A DNA stretch of 64,000 nucleotides from Eledone cirrhosa (lineage: Eukaryota). The notes beneath the pieces are model-generated. The model did no database searches, was not told the origin of the DNA, and saw only the letters and a program-made list of their open reading frames with translations. The position numbers and the translations under genes are program-made. The stretch lies in assembly GCA_964016885.1 (NCBI GenBank), contig OZ024745.1, positions 92,876,001-92,940,000 on the forward strand, in the 5' to 3' direction. This document shows positions 41,335-55,165 of the stretch, piece after piece (the stretch's first letter is position 1; each line of letters opens with the position of its first letter).

Positions 41335-41933
41335 TAATAATTGTTTCTACTTTTGGCACAAGACCAGCAATTACCCTAGTGTATTACTGGTACTTTATTT
41401 TATCGACCCCCGTAAAGATGAAAAGCAAAGTTAACCTCAGTGGGATTTGAACTCAGATCATAAAGGGCCGTAACTCTATGCTGCAAAGCATGGCGTCTGA
41501 CCCTCTACCAATACTGCCAGTAATAATAATAATTGTTTCTATTTTTGACACAAGGCCAGCAATTATCTCAGTGTATTACTGGTGCTTCATTTTATTGACC
41601 TCGTAAGGATGAAGGCAAAGTTAACCTCGGTGGGATTTGAATTCAGATTATAAAGGGCTGTAACTCTATGCTGCAAAGCATGGCATCCGACCCTCTGCCA
41701 ATCCCCACTCTATAATAATAATTGTTTCTACTTTTGGCACAAGGCCAGCAATTATCCCAGTGCATTACTGGTACTTTATTTTATCGATGCCCGTAAGGAT
41801 GAAAGGCAAAGTTAACCTCGGCGGGATTTGAACTCAGATCATAAAAGGAGGTAACTCTATGCTTCAAAACATGGCGCCCGACCCTCTACCGATACTGCCA
41901 ATGCACCACTCTATAATAATAATAATAATAATT
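41335..41933 (-). mobile_element. Head-to-tail trimer of S2 SINEs
   Basis: Three roughly 190-bp units starting near 41335, 41521 and 41712, separated by (AAT)n. Confidence 0.88.
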
Positions 41934-42184
41934 GCTTAATGATGATAAACTTAGTTATATTACTAAATCCCTCCAAATTCTTAATTATTTTCCAAATGAT
42001 TTAGAATGGTGAAGTATTCAATTTATTTTTGTCAGCAGCAGAGAAACGCTGTAAATGACAAGTGTTTCATTTCTTTGAAATTTGTTAGTATTGAGTACAA
42101 TTTTAAGAAGGGTGCAGTTCTGACAGGAAGACTTGCCTCAGATATACTACACGTTGATTTTTTCTTTTCTGTTATAAGACATCA

Positions 42185-42523
42185 ACCGTATTACCCGGTG
42201 TCGAAGATGCTATTGTTTTCCTAAAATAAGTCTCGAAAATCTACCAAGAATCTTGGAGGCTGACGGTTGCATTTCTCATAGGCATGCCCTAACCCCAGAG
42301 GACAATTATCTATGCTAGACAGTAATCTGAACTCCTGTATATGACCTCTCAATGAAGTTTATAAATTATAGTTAGTTAAATAAACAAAATATCATTAAAA
42401 ATTAGATAACAAGAACTGAAGGGACCTTATTTTTTTTTTTATCATTGGTTTTTCAAATCTTGGTTGTCAAATTTGGGGTGTGTCCTCGAGGGTGAAGCAT
42501 CTTTGATGACGAGAAATGTGGTA
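42185..42523. mobile_element. pogo/Tc1-mariner-type MITE
   Basis: ACCGTATTACCCGG ... CGAGAAATGTGGTA; ends homologous to 63610-63781. Confidence 0.65.
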
Positions 42524-42984
42524 TATATTTAACTAATATATATATATATATAATCCATCCAACCCATGCTAGCAGGGAAAGCAGATGTTAAAATGATGAT
42601 GGTGATAATGATGATCTACTTTTCAAGCTTAGTTGGGTTAGATTAGCTGGTCACATTATGAGGCTAGACAAGTCAGGTGACTACATTTTGCTCATATGCT
42701 CCATTTCTGGCTTCGTTTTCTATATCCTTTGTAGCACTAAACACTTTACAGTGTTTTTTTAGGTTACAAAGACTGCTATCTTACAGAGTGGACTGGGTAG
42801 ATTTTGTTATGGCAACAGTATGACCACCATATATATAAACCAACAGTAACATTAAGCTATAAATATATATATATATATATTATCATCATCATTATTTAAC
42901 ATCTGCTTTCCCTGCTAACAACGGTTGGACAGGTCTTCACTGACCAAGTCAGTACTGAAGTGGGTCTACTGACCTTCCAACATT

Positions 42985-43160
42985 ATATCGGTAGAGGGTC
43001 GGATGCCATTCTTTTGACGCATAGAGTTACGGCCCTTGCCATTCTGAGTTCAAATCCCACCGCGGTTAACTTTGCCTTTCATCCTTACGGGGTCGATAAA
43101 ATAAAGTACCAGTAATCACTGGGTAATTGCTGGCCTTGTGCCAAAAGTAGAAACAATTAT
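42985..43160 (+). mobile_element. SINE family S2
   Basis: TATCGGTAGAGGGTCGG..GAGTTCAAATCCC..central domain..TAGAAACAATTA. Confidence 0.82.
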
Positions 43161-43255
43161 ATGAGGAGTCAATCTCATTATCCATTCTCTTGTAAATTAA
43201 AAATAAAGAAATATATTGAATATAAATAAGTGATGGCAAGTACTTTAATAAAGAT

Positions 43256-43885
43256 AGAACTGTGGTATAGTTTTGCATGACAAGGTATTTAGTACCCCAG
43301 AAGAGCTGTGGTATAGTTTTGTATCACAAGGTATTTAGTACCCCAGAAGAGCTGTGGTATAGTTTTGTATCACAAGGTATTTAGTACCCCAGAAGAGCTG
43401 TGGTATAGTTTTGTATCACAAGGTATTTAGTACCCCAGAAGAGCTGTGGTATAGTTTTGTATCACAAGGTATTTAGTACCCCAGAAGAGCTGTGGTATAG
43501 TTTTATATCACAAGGTATTTGGTACCCTAGTAGAGCTGTGGTGTAGTTTTGTATCACAAGGTATTTGGTAACCCAATAGAGATGTGGTGTAGTTTTGTAT
43601 CACAAGGTATTTAGTACCCCAGAAGAGCTGTGGTATAGTTTTATATCACAAGGTATTTGGTACCCTAGTAGAGCTGTGGTGTAGTTTTGTATCACAAGGT
43701 ATTTGGTAACCCAATAGAGATGTGGTGTAGTTTTGTATCACAAGGTATTTAGTACCCTAGTAGAGCTGTGGTGTAGTTTTGTATGACAGGGTATTTAGTA
43801 ACCCAGCACAGCTACACAAATATAATAATTGTGGTGTCTTGTAGTTTTGTATGACAAGGTATTTAGTACTCCAGTAGAGCTCCAA
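43256..43885. repeat. 46-bp minisatellite, about 13 copies
   Basis: Unit GAGCTGTGGTATAGTTTTGTATCACAAGGTATTTAGTACCCCAGAA; starts at 43303 and 43349 are 46 apart. Confidence 0.95.
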
Positions 43886-44309
43886 AAATGTAATAATTAG
43901 ACTTAGATTCTGTAATATGAGTTGGTTAGTCTGATGAGCTATTACAGTGATTGTCTTGTGATGTAAGTATATACTCTCAGAAAAGTATTCCTACATCAAC
44001 ATATAAGATCATTCTGTCAATAATAATTATTATTATCTCACTGTCACACAGTGCAGATGGATAATGCACTGGAGTATTTAGTCCTCTGTCAAGTCACAAG
44101 GACCTCACACAGATAATACTTTCCTCAAAATGTGAGCAGTACCTAGCAAAGTCAACTTTTGTATGCACCCAACCTGTATGGTATTCTCAGTTACTTTAAG
44201 AAATGTTGCAGTTTCAATGGGATTGACCCCCCCCCCCCATCCCCATCACAACTGGTATCACTTTCACATTACCCTCCCTTTTGAATTCTAAATAGTATTA
44301 TTATTATTG

Positions 44310-44812
44310 TTGGCAGTATCCCTAAAGCGCTGGACATCCTATTTTGTGGCATAGAGTTACGTCCCTTTACGTTCTGATTTCAAATCTCGCCGTGATTAGT
44401 TTTGCCTTTTATCCTTATGGGGTCAATAAAATAAAGTACCAGTAACTCGCTGGGGGTCGATTTAATCATCGACAACTTTTCTAGTGCTAGTTCCATGATA
44501 AAACACACCCAGTACCCTTTTAAAAATGAAGTGCTAGTTCCACAATAAAATGCACCCAATACATTCTATAAAGTGGTAATGCTGGTGCCACAATAAAATG
44601 CATGCAGTACATTCTATAAAGTGGTTGTCCTCGTGCCACAATAAAATGCACTCAGTATACTTTGTGAAGTGGTTCCTAATGAGGAAGGGCATCCAGCCAT
44701 AGAAGCCATGCCAAGATGTAGAATGTATGAGCAAAACAGATATCCAGCCTGTTTTGTCTTAGACCGTGACAACCCATGCTAACATGGAAAATGAACATAG
44801 AAAGATGATGAA
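44310..44812 (+). mobile_element. Decayed S2 SINE followed by an RTE/SINE tail fragment with internal repeats
   Basis: TTGCCTTTTATCCTTATGGGGTCAATAAAATAAAGTACCAG; then repeated CCACAATAAAATGCAC units, GGAAGGGCATCCAGCC and AACCCATGCTAACATGGAAAA. Confidence 0.7.
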
Positions 44813-46454
44813 TGATTATTCGTGTGACGTTTGACTGCATCTTTGGATTTGTTTCTGCCACATTTAACTCCAGCATTCACTAATTGTCTTTAATGTTTTC
44901 TTTCAACAGCAGTTGATTATGTTAAAATTACAAATTTTATTTGCTGCAATATTAAAGACTTTGAAAATGAGAAACATCAACTATCTTGATATATTAAAAA
45001 AAGGGATTGTTTTGTTGAAGACATCTCTATAGTTAGGAATAATGACTTTGAAAGGAAGCTATCGATTAATGCTGTGATGGATTATTGGAAAAGGAATCTA
45101 TTATCTAACAGGAACAGTTTTGTTAGTCAGCATATAAAAATAGCTGAGTTAATTATAGTGATTTGTTTCCTTAGGGACAACATCTCAGATTTATTAAGAA
45201 AAGGAAATGCAATTATTTGTGTTTCCAAGCCTGATTCATGGGCTTGGCTATATAGTACACAGTTGACCTTATTGACAGTATTGATTTCTTAGTTAGGCAC
45301 AAGACCTTCTCAGTTTTATGGAAGAAAATCAATGATATTGTTTCATTGCGTTATCGTTTATCTTGGTGACATTTTGTTGTATATTTAGGCAAGACATTTC
45401 ATTCTATGAATACTTCAACTGTCTTTTAGAAGTAGTTATCACATGAAGGACTTATTCCTGTCATACATTCACATTCTATCTTGTTGTAATGGTGGTGTTT
45501 AGAGATCCCTTATTTTCTATAATCTTAAATCTAGAGCTAACGACTGCTCCTTACGAGCCCCTCACAATTCATAGAGGTATTAACATTTACATACTTTTCT
45601 AATGGGCATTTGGGGGAAAATTTGCTGATAATGGGTGAATAATTCATCTCTACTATAGAATTTTCTTGGAAATGGTAAGAACATATGAATCTCATTCAAA
45701 CATTCCTTAACCTATTTTGATAACAATCCCAACCAAAACTGGTTTGAGCTCTATGAAACAAAACCACCAATTTTGAAGGATTCCTACTAGAGCATTGGAG
45801 GAAGTGTCTTATCACATTTTTTCCAACATTTTGTATTCTGAGTTAAAATCCCGCTTAACCATGGGACTATAACTGATTATGAAAGCTACAATAGGTGGAG
45901 AAGTGTTTTGGCCATCTTCTATGACAGATGAATGGTGATTAGTTCCTGTTTATAGACAGTAGGGGCCATATAGAGTGACCAATAATTGCCAAATAAATAT
46001 ATACATATACACCAGATCTGAACACAATGGAACCAAACACCCACTGTCATTACCTCCATTTGAAGGAAATTTGGCTGCTATTTCTAGCAGTTCATATGAT
46101 CGCAGAAATAAGAAATTACACTTTATTTTCTGTGACATTTATTAGTGAAAAAAAAATAGGAGTTTATAAATTTATTTAATATTCTCTTAACAAACTGAAA
46201 CTAAACTAATTAACCGTTGGTTATTTATTTCCACAAAGGTAATTCAACATAAGGTATTTTTTAAATTTAATTAAGTCTATAAGACTTCTTCTGAACGTGT
46301 CACATAATTCTGTTTATTTTGCTATAACTATTATTCTATAGAATATTTGAATTATTGTCAAATTCATTTTATCCATTATTAATTTTATTTATAATGCTAT
46401 TAACAAAGCTATTTCCAGAAAAATATGCTTTATTTTTTCTCTCTTTTTTGCTAG

Positions 46455-46503
46455 ATGTGTATACTTTCAGTTTTATGCAGGTGTTTATAGCATATGTCTG
46501 CAA
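46455..46503 (+). other. Candidate short (probably 5' UTR) exon of the + strand gene
   Basis: Polypyrimidine tract plus TAG acceptor at 46454 and CAA|GTAAGT donor at 46504. Confidence 0.4.
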
Positions 46504-46804
46504 GTAAGTTTGTGTGTCTTTGCATATGTGACTGTTCAAAGATGTGTGTGTTAGTATAAGATCAATAAAAATTCCTCATGTCTTTAAGTGCAAGCATGCA
46601 TTTCATGGTATTTCATGCTTGCATATAAATTGTCACATGCAGACAAATTGTATTTGGTGTCCATATAATTGTGTCCACACACAGATAGCAGTGTATAGCA
46701 GGAGAGATTAAATATCACTAGCTATGTAAATATATGTGTGTGTGTGTAATATTTCCATTAATTAAGCATATGATAAGTATATACAGACTAACTATATAAA
46801 ATAT

Positions 46805-47250
46805 AATTGTTTCTATTATTGGCACAAGGCCAGCAATCACCCAGTACATTACTGGTACTTTATTTTATCGACCCCGTAAGGATGAAAGGCAAAGTTAACT
46901 TTTTTTTTTTCCTTTTTTTTTCATTTTACGTCCGCTTTTTCCCTGCTTGCAAGGGTGGAACGGGAACTGATTCTGGCTTGATTTCTACAGCTGGATGCCC
47001 TTCCTAACACCAACCTCATTTACAGTGAGTGCTGGGTGGATTTTTTTCCGTGGTACCTCCACGACCACTTTGCAGTGGAATGATAGGGACCCAAGTCCCT
47101 ATCATCTCATTTCTACAGCTGAGTAAACTGGAGCAATGTGAAATAAAGTGTCTTGCTCAAGGAAACAACACATCACCCGGTCTGAGAATTGAACTCACAA
47201 CCTTTCGATTGCAAGGCCAATGCTCTAACCACTAAGCCATGTGCCTCCAT
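46805..47250 (-). mobile_element. Partial S2 SINE abutting a type C SINE (46920-47250)
   Basis: Matches 24212 and 28602 copies respectively. Confidence 0.85.
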
Positions 47251-47287
47251 ATTATATACAATATAATATATGCAAATTATATATATA

Positions 47288-47736
47288 TTCTTTGGTGCTA
47301 CACAGTAATGCAGAAGACCCGCCTTGCCTATGTACAAAGCGAAACCTACAGTCAGTAGGCACCTCTTAACCAAATATATAGCCCCAACTCACTACCCCTA
47401 CTCCACCCTCCCACTCCTACCAACACCAGCCTTTCTCTGTAAAGTTGGTACCACAACATCCAGTCCAAATTAATGAGATCGAAATCGTGTAGGTGTCACG
47501 ACAAAAAAACACACAGTCCACGCTGTAATGTGGCCGTGTAGGTAAAAAGTTCCCAGCTCCACACTGTAAATGTGGTTGGTGTTAGGAAGGGCATCCAACC
47601 GTAGAAAGCCTGCCTGATAGTCCTATATGAGCGAGACATGGTCACCCGACCAACCTTGCCTCAAGTGGGACAACTTCCGGCTAACCCATGCTAGCGTGGA
47701 AGATGGACGTTAAACGAAGATGATGATGATGATGAT
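47288..47736 (+). mobile_element. RTE LINE 3' fragment
   Basis: AGAAGACCCGCCTTGCC..GTGTAGGTGTCACGAC..GGAAGGGCATCC..ACCCATGCTAGCGTGGAAGATGGACGTTAAAC(GAT)n joined to (TA)n. Confidence 0.88.
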
Positions 47737-47776
47737 ATATATATTCATATGCATATATATATATATATATATATAT

Positions 47777-47822
<46 letters not shown>

Positions 47823-48201
47823 CTATATATGTGAGAGTGTGTATCACAATCATCATTTACTTCCATTTTTCCCTCAGCTCACTTATGTCTAGAATGTGTG
47901 AAAATGTTTAGTGGGGTTGTGTGCATATATGTCAGCATAAGGTGCCTAAGTGTGCTGGATTTTATTGTATTATGTATACATGAAAGGACTTGGTGCATGT
48001 TTGTTGACTGAATGTATGGAGGGGGTGGGGGGAGGGGCAATTAAAGGAAAAGAAGCAAAGCATTGAGATCATTTGGAAAGGTAATTGCAAGATGGAATAT
48101 TAAAATAGCGTGGAAGCCCATCAAAGAGAAATTTCCTGTTCTTAGGTGGTAGACTTAATCTATTATCTGGTTCCACACCACCATCTGATTCTTGAGTGCC
48201 T

Positions 48202-48455
48202 TTAACCCTTCAATTTACCAACCCAGCGAAAACTGGTTCTGGTTCTATGAAATAAAACCACCCATTTTAAAGGTTTCTAATTTAAATTAAAATCTTCCAA
48301 CATAATTTTATATAAGATCGTTATATCATTACTAATATCTAAGTTACTATCTTAGTAATGAAATATTTAACAATTTTAGTAAATCTCTCAAAATTCTTCT
48401 TTAATTAATTAAAATAAAGTGTATTTCATTAGAAATATGGTTGTGAAAGGGTTAA
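48202..48455. mobile_element. piggyBac-like MITE family 2
   Basis: TTAACCCTT ... AAAGGGTTAA; related copies at about 48615-49202, 53805-54488, 63540-63939 and 39769-40005. Confidence 0.75.
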
Positions 48456-48848
48456 TGGAGTCCATTCTGTTGAAAACATTTAGCCAAGGTTTCTGGTTTG
48501 AGGATAAATTCCTCATGCTAATTACAGAGGCCCTAAAACTGATTTCTTAGAACTGCCGTTTTTCCTCGAAGAGATTTTTAAAACATTTTATTAGACCCAA
48601 GAGGCTTTTGGCTCTTTAGGAACCAAACCAGCTAAAACTGCCCCTGGTGATACAAAATTGTTTTAAAATGTTTATATTTATCAAAAAGCTTTCCATAATA
48701 GTTTTTTAGCCAAACTTATAAGTTATGCTCCAAACACCTGCTTAATAGTGAGAAAGTTAGTTATATAATCCTTCTAAATTCCTGATTATTTTCAAAATTA
48801 ATTGAAATTTGTAGGCAGTGTCTTTCATTAGAAATATTGTAACAAAAA

Positions 48849-49190
48849 GCACATGGCTTAGTGGTTAGAACATTGGCCTTGCAATCAAAAGGTTGTGAGT
48901 TCAATTCTCAGACCGGGTGATGTGTTGTTTCCTTGAGCAAGACACTTTATTTCACATTGCTCCAGTTTACTCAGCTGTAGAAAAGAGATGATAGGGACTT
49001 GGGTCCCTATCATTCCACTGCAAAGTGGTCGTGGAGGTACCATGGCAAAAAAGCACCCAGCACTCACTGTAAATGAGGTTGGTGTTAGGAAGGGCATCCA
49101 GCTGTAGAAATCAAGCCAGAATCAGTTCCCATCCCACCCTTGCAAGCAGGGAAAAGCAGACGTAAAATGAGATGATGTGATGATGATGAT
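48849..49190 (+). mobile_element. Type C SINE nested in the 3' end of a family 2 MITE
   Basis: Near identical to 46920-47250; splits AATATTGTAACAAAA from GAAAAGGGTTAA. Confidence 0.88.
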
Positions 49191-49702
49191 GAAAAGGGTT
49201 AAATATCAACATTTAAAGCTAGTTTCATGACATGGCATGGCTGGATAAATGACACAGCCTTCCATAGAGCGGACACTAGTTTATTTCAGACAATCGCATA
49301 TTTATTCCATATAACTAAATAAACTGATAACATAAAATCTAGTGCAGTACCTAAATGCACTTTGCAACTCCTATCATTGATTTGAGCTCACAAACATTGA
49401 AATTGAGACCTCTGTGCTTCTGTAGAAGAAAGATGCAACTCAAAAGTGGTTCAAGGTTTGCTGAAATCATTGTTATACTGGGAAAACAATTCAATGCTAC
49501 TTGGTTATAACTTCTAAACTTAGTGAACTACTAGATATTACTATATATAATATCTTTTAGCTTCATTTATCTGAGTGAATCAGTAAATCTACAGGAGAAA
49601 AGATGATCTCAAATTTTTCAGGATAATGAGGTATGATTGATTATGGAGAAAGTGTATATTCTCAAATAGAGAAAGCTAATGGTAATGATAATGATATATA
49701 TA

Positions 49703-52700
49703 TCTATATATATAAAGCTGAGGATGTACGTGTTAAGGTTTGTAATGTATGCACGTCCACAATTTCCAACGGATTCTATTCAAAGTCGGGACAATTATTG
49801 CTTTTGGTCAGGAGAAGGTCATGAAGCAAAAAAAATTTCAAATCAATCAACAATAAGGGCAAAAATCGATCATGCTTTGAGGTTTAATACACGTCCCTAT
49901 AGTTTCTTAGCTTTACTTTCTCCATCACTCTTCCCCCTCTCTATAATTTAACTGCTTTACTCTCTCTGTCGCTCTTCACTCTCTATATGACAACACTGTT
50001 TTACACACCTCCCTATAGTTTCTTAGTTTTACTCTCTCCGTCGCTCTTCCCTCTCTCTATAATAGATTATTCCCCCTCTCTATAATTTAACTGCTGCGGG
50101 AATCATTGGCGTTCCGTATTGACATACGGCACACCTCCCTATTGTTTCTTAGCTTTACTCTCTCCATCGCTCTTCCCTCTATAATTTAACTGCTTTACTC
50201 TCTCTGTCGCTCTTCACTCTCTATATGACAACACTGTTTTACACACCTCCCTATAGTTTCTTAGTTTTACTCTCTCTGTCGCTCTTCCCTCTCTCTATAA
50301 TAGATTATTCCCCCTCTCTATAATTTAACTGCTGCAGGAGTCATTGGCGTTCCATATTGACATACGGCTTTTCTGGGGCATTTTAAATCGGCTTATTGCA
50401 AATAACAACCCGCAAAGTAATACTTCATATAACAGATTAATGCTATAGATATATGAATTGGAATGTAACCCATGAACTTTTTCCTGGGCAAAATTATTTG
50501 AACAGACATGACCTCATTGAAACTGGCTAAACTCATGGCTTTAATCAAAAAGGGTCAGGTATTTGGGGCTGTAAAATGTGACATGTTCACTGTTGAATGG
50601 CAAAAACGAGGGCTGCCATATGCTCACATTTTGATTTGGTTAGCTGATAAAATCAATTCAAATGCCATAGACAGCTTCATTTCGGCTGAAATCCCTAACC
50701 CAGCAACTGACCAGGAATTACATGACATCATCAAAGCTAACATGGTCTGTGTGCGTTGGGTCCTAATGAGCATCACACGTCTGAAAGGGAGGGATACCCA
50801 AAAAAATTTAATGACGAGACTCAGACTGGTGGCGACGGGTACCCCCTGTACAGGCGGAGATGGCCTGAGAACAGTGGCTTCACCACAACAGTAAAGGAAG
50901 GTCAAGTCGACAATAGATGGGTGGTTCCTTGCTGCCCGCTTCTCTTGAAGATGTTCAACGCCCACATCTGCGTTGAGTTTTGCAACTCCGTCAAGTCGAT
51001 AAAATATATATGCAAATATGTAAATAAGGGCTCTGATGTCGCAATGTTCGCATTTCAAGCTGAAAATAGCTGGGACGAGGTCACAGAATCCTACTTTATA
51101 TGATCGAAAAACACTTGGGTGCAAAGAAAGTCAGGTCAGGCTGTTGAAAGACATCCTGGTGTAAAATTTGACAGCTGTCTTGGAAGGGTTTACACTGTGC
51201 CCCCAAGTCAGCATGAGTGCTTTCATCTCCGCCTTCTTTTGCATGGAATTGTAGGCCCACAAAGTTTTCAGGACCTCAAACTGTTGATGGAGAAATATGT
51301 GATACATACCGGGAAGCCTGCTTTAAGCATGGTCTTTTGGAAGATGATTCGCAATGGGATTCCACTTTAGCAGAGGGTGCTTTATTGAAATCACCTAAAA
51401 GTCTACGGGAACTCTTTACCATTTTGCTTCAAAAGTGTGAATTGGGTGATCCCAAATCTTTATGGGTCAAGTACAGAGACTTCATGTCTGAGGACTTCCT
51501 GCGTCTGGCTCATCTGCAGTATACTTCAGTGGAAGTTGGTTACAGTGACATTATCTACAATAGGGCACTCATTGATATCGAGGACGGCCTCCTCGACATG
51601 GGTGGGAGTGAGTTGGCGACGTATGGCTTGCTGTCAACCATCAGAGAGGAAGCTAACACATTGGCCCCGGATTTGTTACGGGAAACAGCACATGACATCG
51701 AATCTCTTTCCCAATACTTAGATGAAAATGAGCCCAAACTTCTGTCGGACCAAAGGTTGGTCTATTTAACTATCATTGACGCGGTTCAAAATCAGACTGG
51801 GGGTATTTACTTTCTCGATGCTCCTGGGGGTACCGGAAAAACTTTTGTAACAAAATTGATTCTCGCTAAGATTCGTCAGGAGAAAAAAAATTGCGTTGGC
51901 TGTTGCATCGTCCGGGATCGCTGCTACTTTGCTGCTGGGAGGCAGGACAGCACATTCAACCTTTAAACTCCCCTTGGATTTAGTAAAAACTGAGACACCA
52001 ACATGCAATATCAGCAAGACCTCACACGAAGCTCTGGTTCTCAAAAAATGTTGCCGCATTGTTTGGGATGAGTGCACAATGGCACACAAGGGTGCCCTTG
52101 GGGCATTGGACAGGACCCTGAAAGATATTAGGGATTCTACGGCTCCTATGGGTGGCGTAACCCTTCTGCTATCAGGGGATTTTTGGCAAATGCTGCCTGT
52201 CATCCCCAAAGGGACAAGAGATGATGAAGTGCGTGCCTGCCTTAAGTCATCCATGTTGTGGCCCCAGGTGAAGAGTTTGTACCTGAGCACAAATATGCGT
52301 GCTCATTTGCATGGTGACAACATGTCTGCAGCATTTGCTCAGAATATTTTAGCACTTGGTGAGGGCAAGGTCCCTGCAGATGATAAGGGCGGCATAGCAA
52401 TCGACTCTCTTCTGTGCAACATTGTGAGCAGCCCTTCTGACCTTTGGGAAGCAGTTTTTCCTAATGTCTCATCTAACTTTAAAAACCTCGATTGGCTCAG
52501 CGAAAGAGCCATTCTTGCTCCGAAAAATGCCATGGTTAATTTTATTAACGAGCAGTTGATTGAGAAGATTCCCAAATCTATTGACCGGACGTCAGACCCC
52601 GACGATATCGTTAATTTTCCGGTTGAGTTATTAAATTTCCTTGAGCCCCCAGGGCTCCCACCTCACATTCTTAAGCTTAGGGTTGGCTGTCCCATTATGC

Positions 52701-53380
52701 TAATAAGGAACTTGCGTCCACCAAAGCAGTGCAACAGTACTCGCATGGTCGTCAAGTCACTGACGCCCCACTTGATTGAGGCCACCATTGTAGCTGGAGA
52801 GGGGAGAATGTTTTCATTCCAAGGATGAACCTTTTCCCCTCGGAGTCAGATATCCCGTTCGATTTCCCGTGAGATCATGTTTTGCCATGTCCATTAACAA
52901 GTCACAAGGGCAAACATTGTTGGTGGCAGGCATCCATTTGGGGGAGCCATGCTTCTCCCATGGCCAACTTTATGTTGCCTGTTCCAGCGTAGGGAGCAGG
53001 AATGGACTTTTTACTTACACTCCTCAAGGGATGATACGCAATATCGTCTACAAAGAGGTGCTATAGACGTTGGTGCAGGTGTTGGAGCTATGCTGTCCTG
53101 AAAACTATTTCCTGGTGGGGTCACCCATGGTGGACAGATCTGACACCCAGCGGCATCAGGGCCACCATCTTGCAACTTTGGTCTGCTAAATTCGCGATTG
53201 GAAGATTATTAACCCATCATTGATTGTCCAAAATGCTAATTGGTTTGTAACTTTTAATAACCGGTTCAACTGCTTTATGTACTTAATTGATAAGCTTATT
53301 CGCTTTCAAGCCACATTTACCTGTATGTGACTTTTCATAGCATATGAACAAACCCGAGCAACACCGGGCTAAACTGCTAG
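49703..53380 (+). mobile_element. Helitron, internally deleted and decayed, both termini present
   Basis: A|TCTATATATATAAAG 5' end; 3' hairpin CCCG..CGGG (53353-53368) then CTAG|T at 53380; Rep and helicase remnants inside. Confidence 0.92.
50508..53066 (+). pseudogene. Helitron RepHel pseudogene (HUH replication initiator plus PIF1-family helicase)
   Basis: VEWQKRGLPYAHIL, DGYPLYRRR, YICKYVNKG, FLDAPGGTGKT, AVASSGIAATLL.GGRTAHS, WDECTM, GDFWQMLP, FAMSINKSQGQT, FSHGQLYVA spread over several frames. Confidence 0.93.
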
Positions 53381-54018
53381 TTACATATAAATATATTATG
53401 ATGTGTTTGTATCTTACTAGCATTATACTGTGTCCTCTGACAAGTAACTTAAATCTCTATGGTACAGTGCACATACTTGAAATAGGTACCATAGTGTGGT
53501 ATACTATACCACCATTAACAGTGCAGGTCTCTAAAATTCTTAAGTGTTGGGTGGGAGGTTCACAGTGTTTGTTCCGCCTAAAAATAGCAACCAAATATCC
53601 TTCAAACTGCCATGTACCATTTTAATAAAGACACATTTATAATATCAACCAAGGTGGACTATTGCCAAAAATAACTATAGAATGGTCATTGCAGGAATGT
53701 CATTGATCATAAGCCTCCTTGATCAAAGCTGATCTTGCGATAAAAACAATATTTTGTATAGTCAGGCATACCTCAATGTATTGGGTAGATAATAACTAAA
53801 TATTGACCATTTTTATGCCAACCCAGCCATGGTTCTAAGTATCAAAACCACCCATTTTAAAGGGTTCCTATTTAAATTAAAATCTTCCAACATGATTTTA
53901 TATAAGAATCTTTTGCTATATTACAAATACCATCTTAATAATGAAATAATGAATAATGATAGGGAATTAATTAATAATTTTGATGAATCCCTCCAAATTC
54001 TTCATAGATTAATTGAAA

Positions 54019-54447
54019 TCTATATATATAAAGTTGTAGTTCCTGTCTGTTTGTTTGTTTGCTCACGAACTCCTCTTATGGTTTTGGAGATAGACCGCCA
54101 TAATCATATATATTCTGAAACTACACTGCCCAGGGTACTTGGATAAGTATATTTCATTTTAATCACAGGGTTCCCCTGGGGAACAAGTCCCTCGCTGAAA
54201 ATCTTTTCCCTTTGATTTATATGAAATTTAAACCATAGGTAAATGACAAGATATGATGCCTATTCACAAAAGTTTTGAATTGATATATTACAAAAAATAA
54301 TGTTTTCCAATTTTTCATGCATTACATTTTACATTGAGTAATATTGAAATGCAGAGTTTTTCTCCATAAATTATATCACTGATTTAAAATCAATCATCAT
54401 TTTCTTACAAAAAAAGTGTGTGAAATGCAGCAAGGTAATTCGGCTAG
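54019..54447 (+). mobile_element. Non-autonomous Helitron-like element nested in a family 2 MITE
   Basis: A|TCTATATATATAAAG 5' end identical to 49703; CTAG|T at 54447; removing it rejoins MITE sequence matching about 48400-48455. Confidence 0.7.
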
Positions 54448-55165
54448 TATAATATATTTCATTAGAAATATGGTAATGAAAGGGTTAAGACATGTAAACA
54501 CACTCACACTTCTTTCTACAGATATATGTATGCATGTTATACAGAAATAAATCACAGGTATGTTGAGCATTACCTGCAAACTTATAAAGAACAAAGTGTA
54601 ATTACTTATTCTCTTAACTGTATCCATTCACTTCGGACTTATTCTCTTAACTGTGTCCATTCACTGCGGACATATTATTTAACTGTTCAGCAGAGAAATT
54701 CCCATCTAAACATGTGTTGATTAGCTACCTTGGCTTATACATGGAGTTTGAGGATTTTTGCCCATTTCTCAAACATAAAATAAGTGTGTGTGGGGGGGGG
54801 GGGGGGGGTGCTTATGTTCGAGTATGTGTGTGTGTGCATGTATACATAACTGGTTTCTGTCTACCAAATTTATAAACATGATATTGGTCTGCCCAAATTT
54901 ATAGTAGAAATAACTGGCCCTAAGTGTCATGCAGTGAGACTGAACCCAACACCATGTAATGTTCCAAAGCAAATTTCTCAACTACATAGCCATGCCTTGC
55001 ACCTATTGTTTTTTATAAAGTCATTGTAAGGGCCGAAACACTCACTGGGATGAGGGGAGGGGTTCTTCTCTGAAGACCTACTGTTTAGCTTTCCTGAGAG
55101 TTTCATAACACCATTGTCATGATTAAAAGAGTTTTCCAATTTTTTAGAAGTTTTTATTGAATACT

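Noticed and set aside
43256-43885. Regular repeat that could be mistaken for a CRISPR array
   Set aside because: Contiguous 46-bp units with no unique spacers, no cas genes, eukaryotic context
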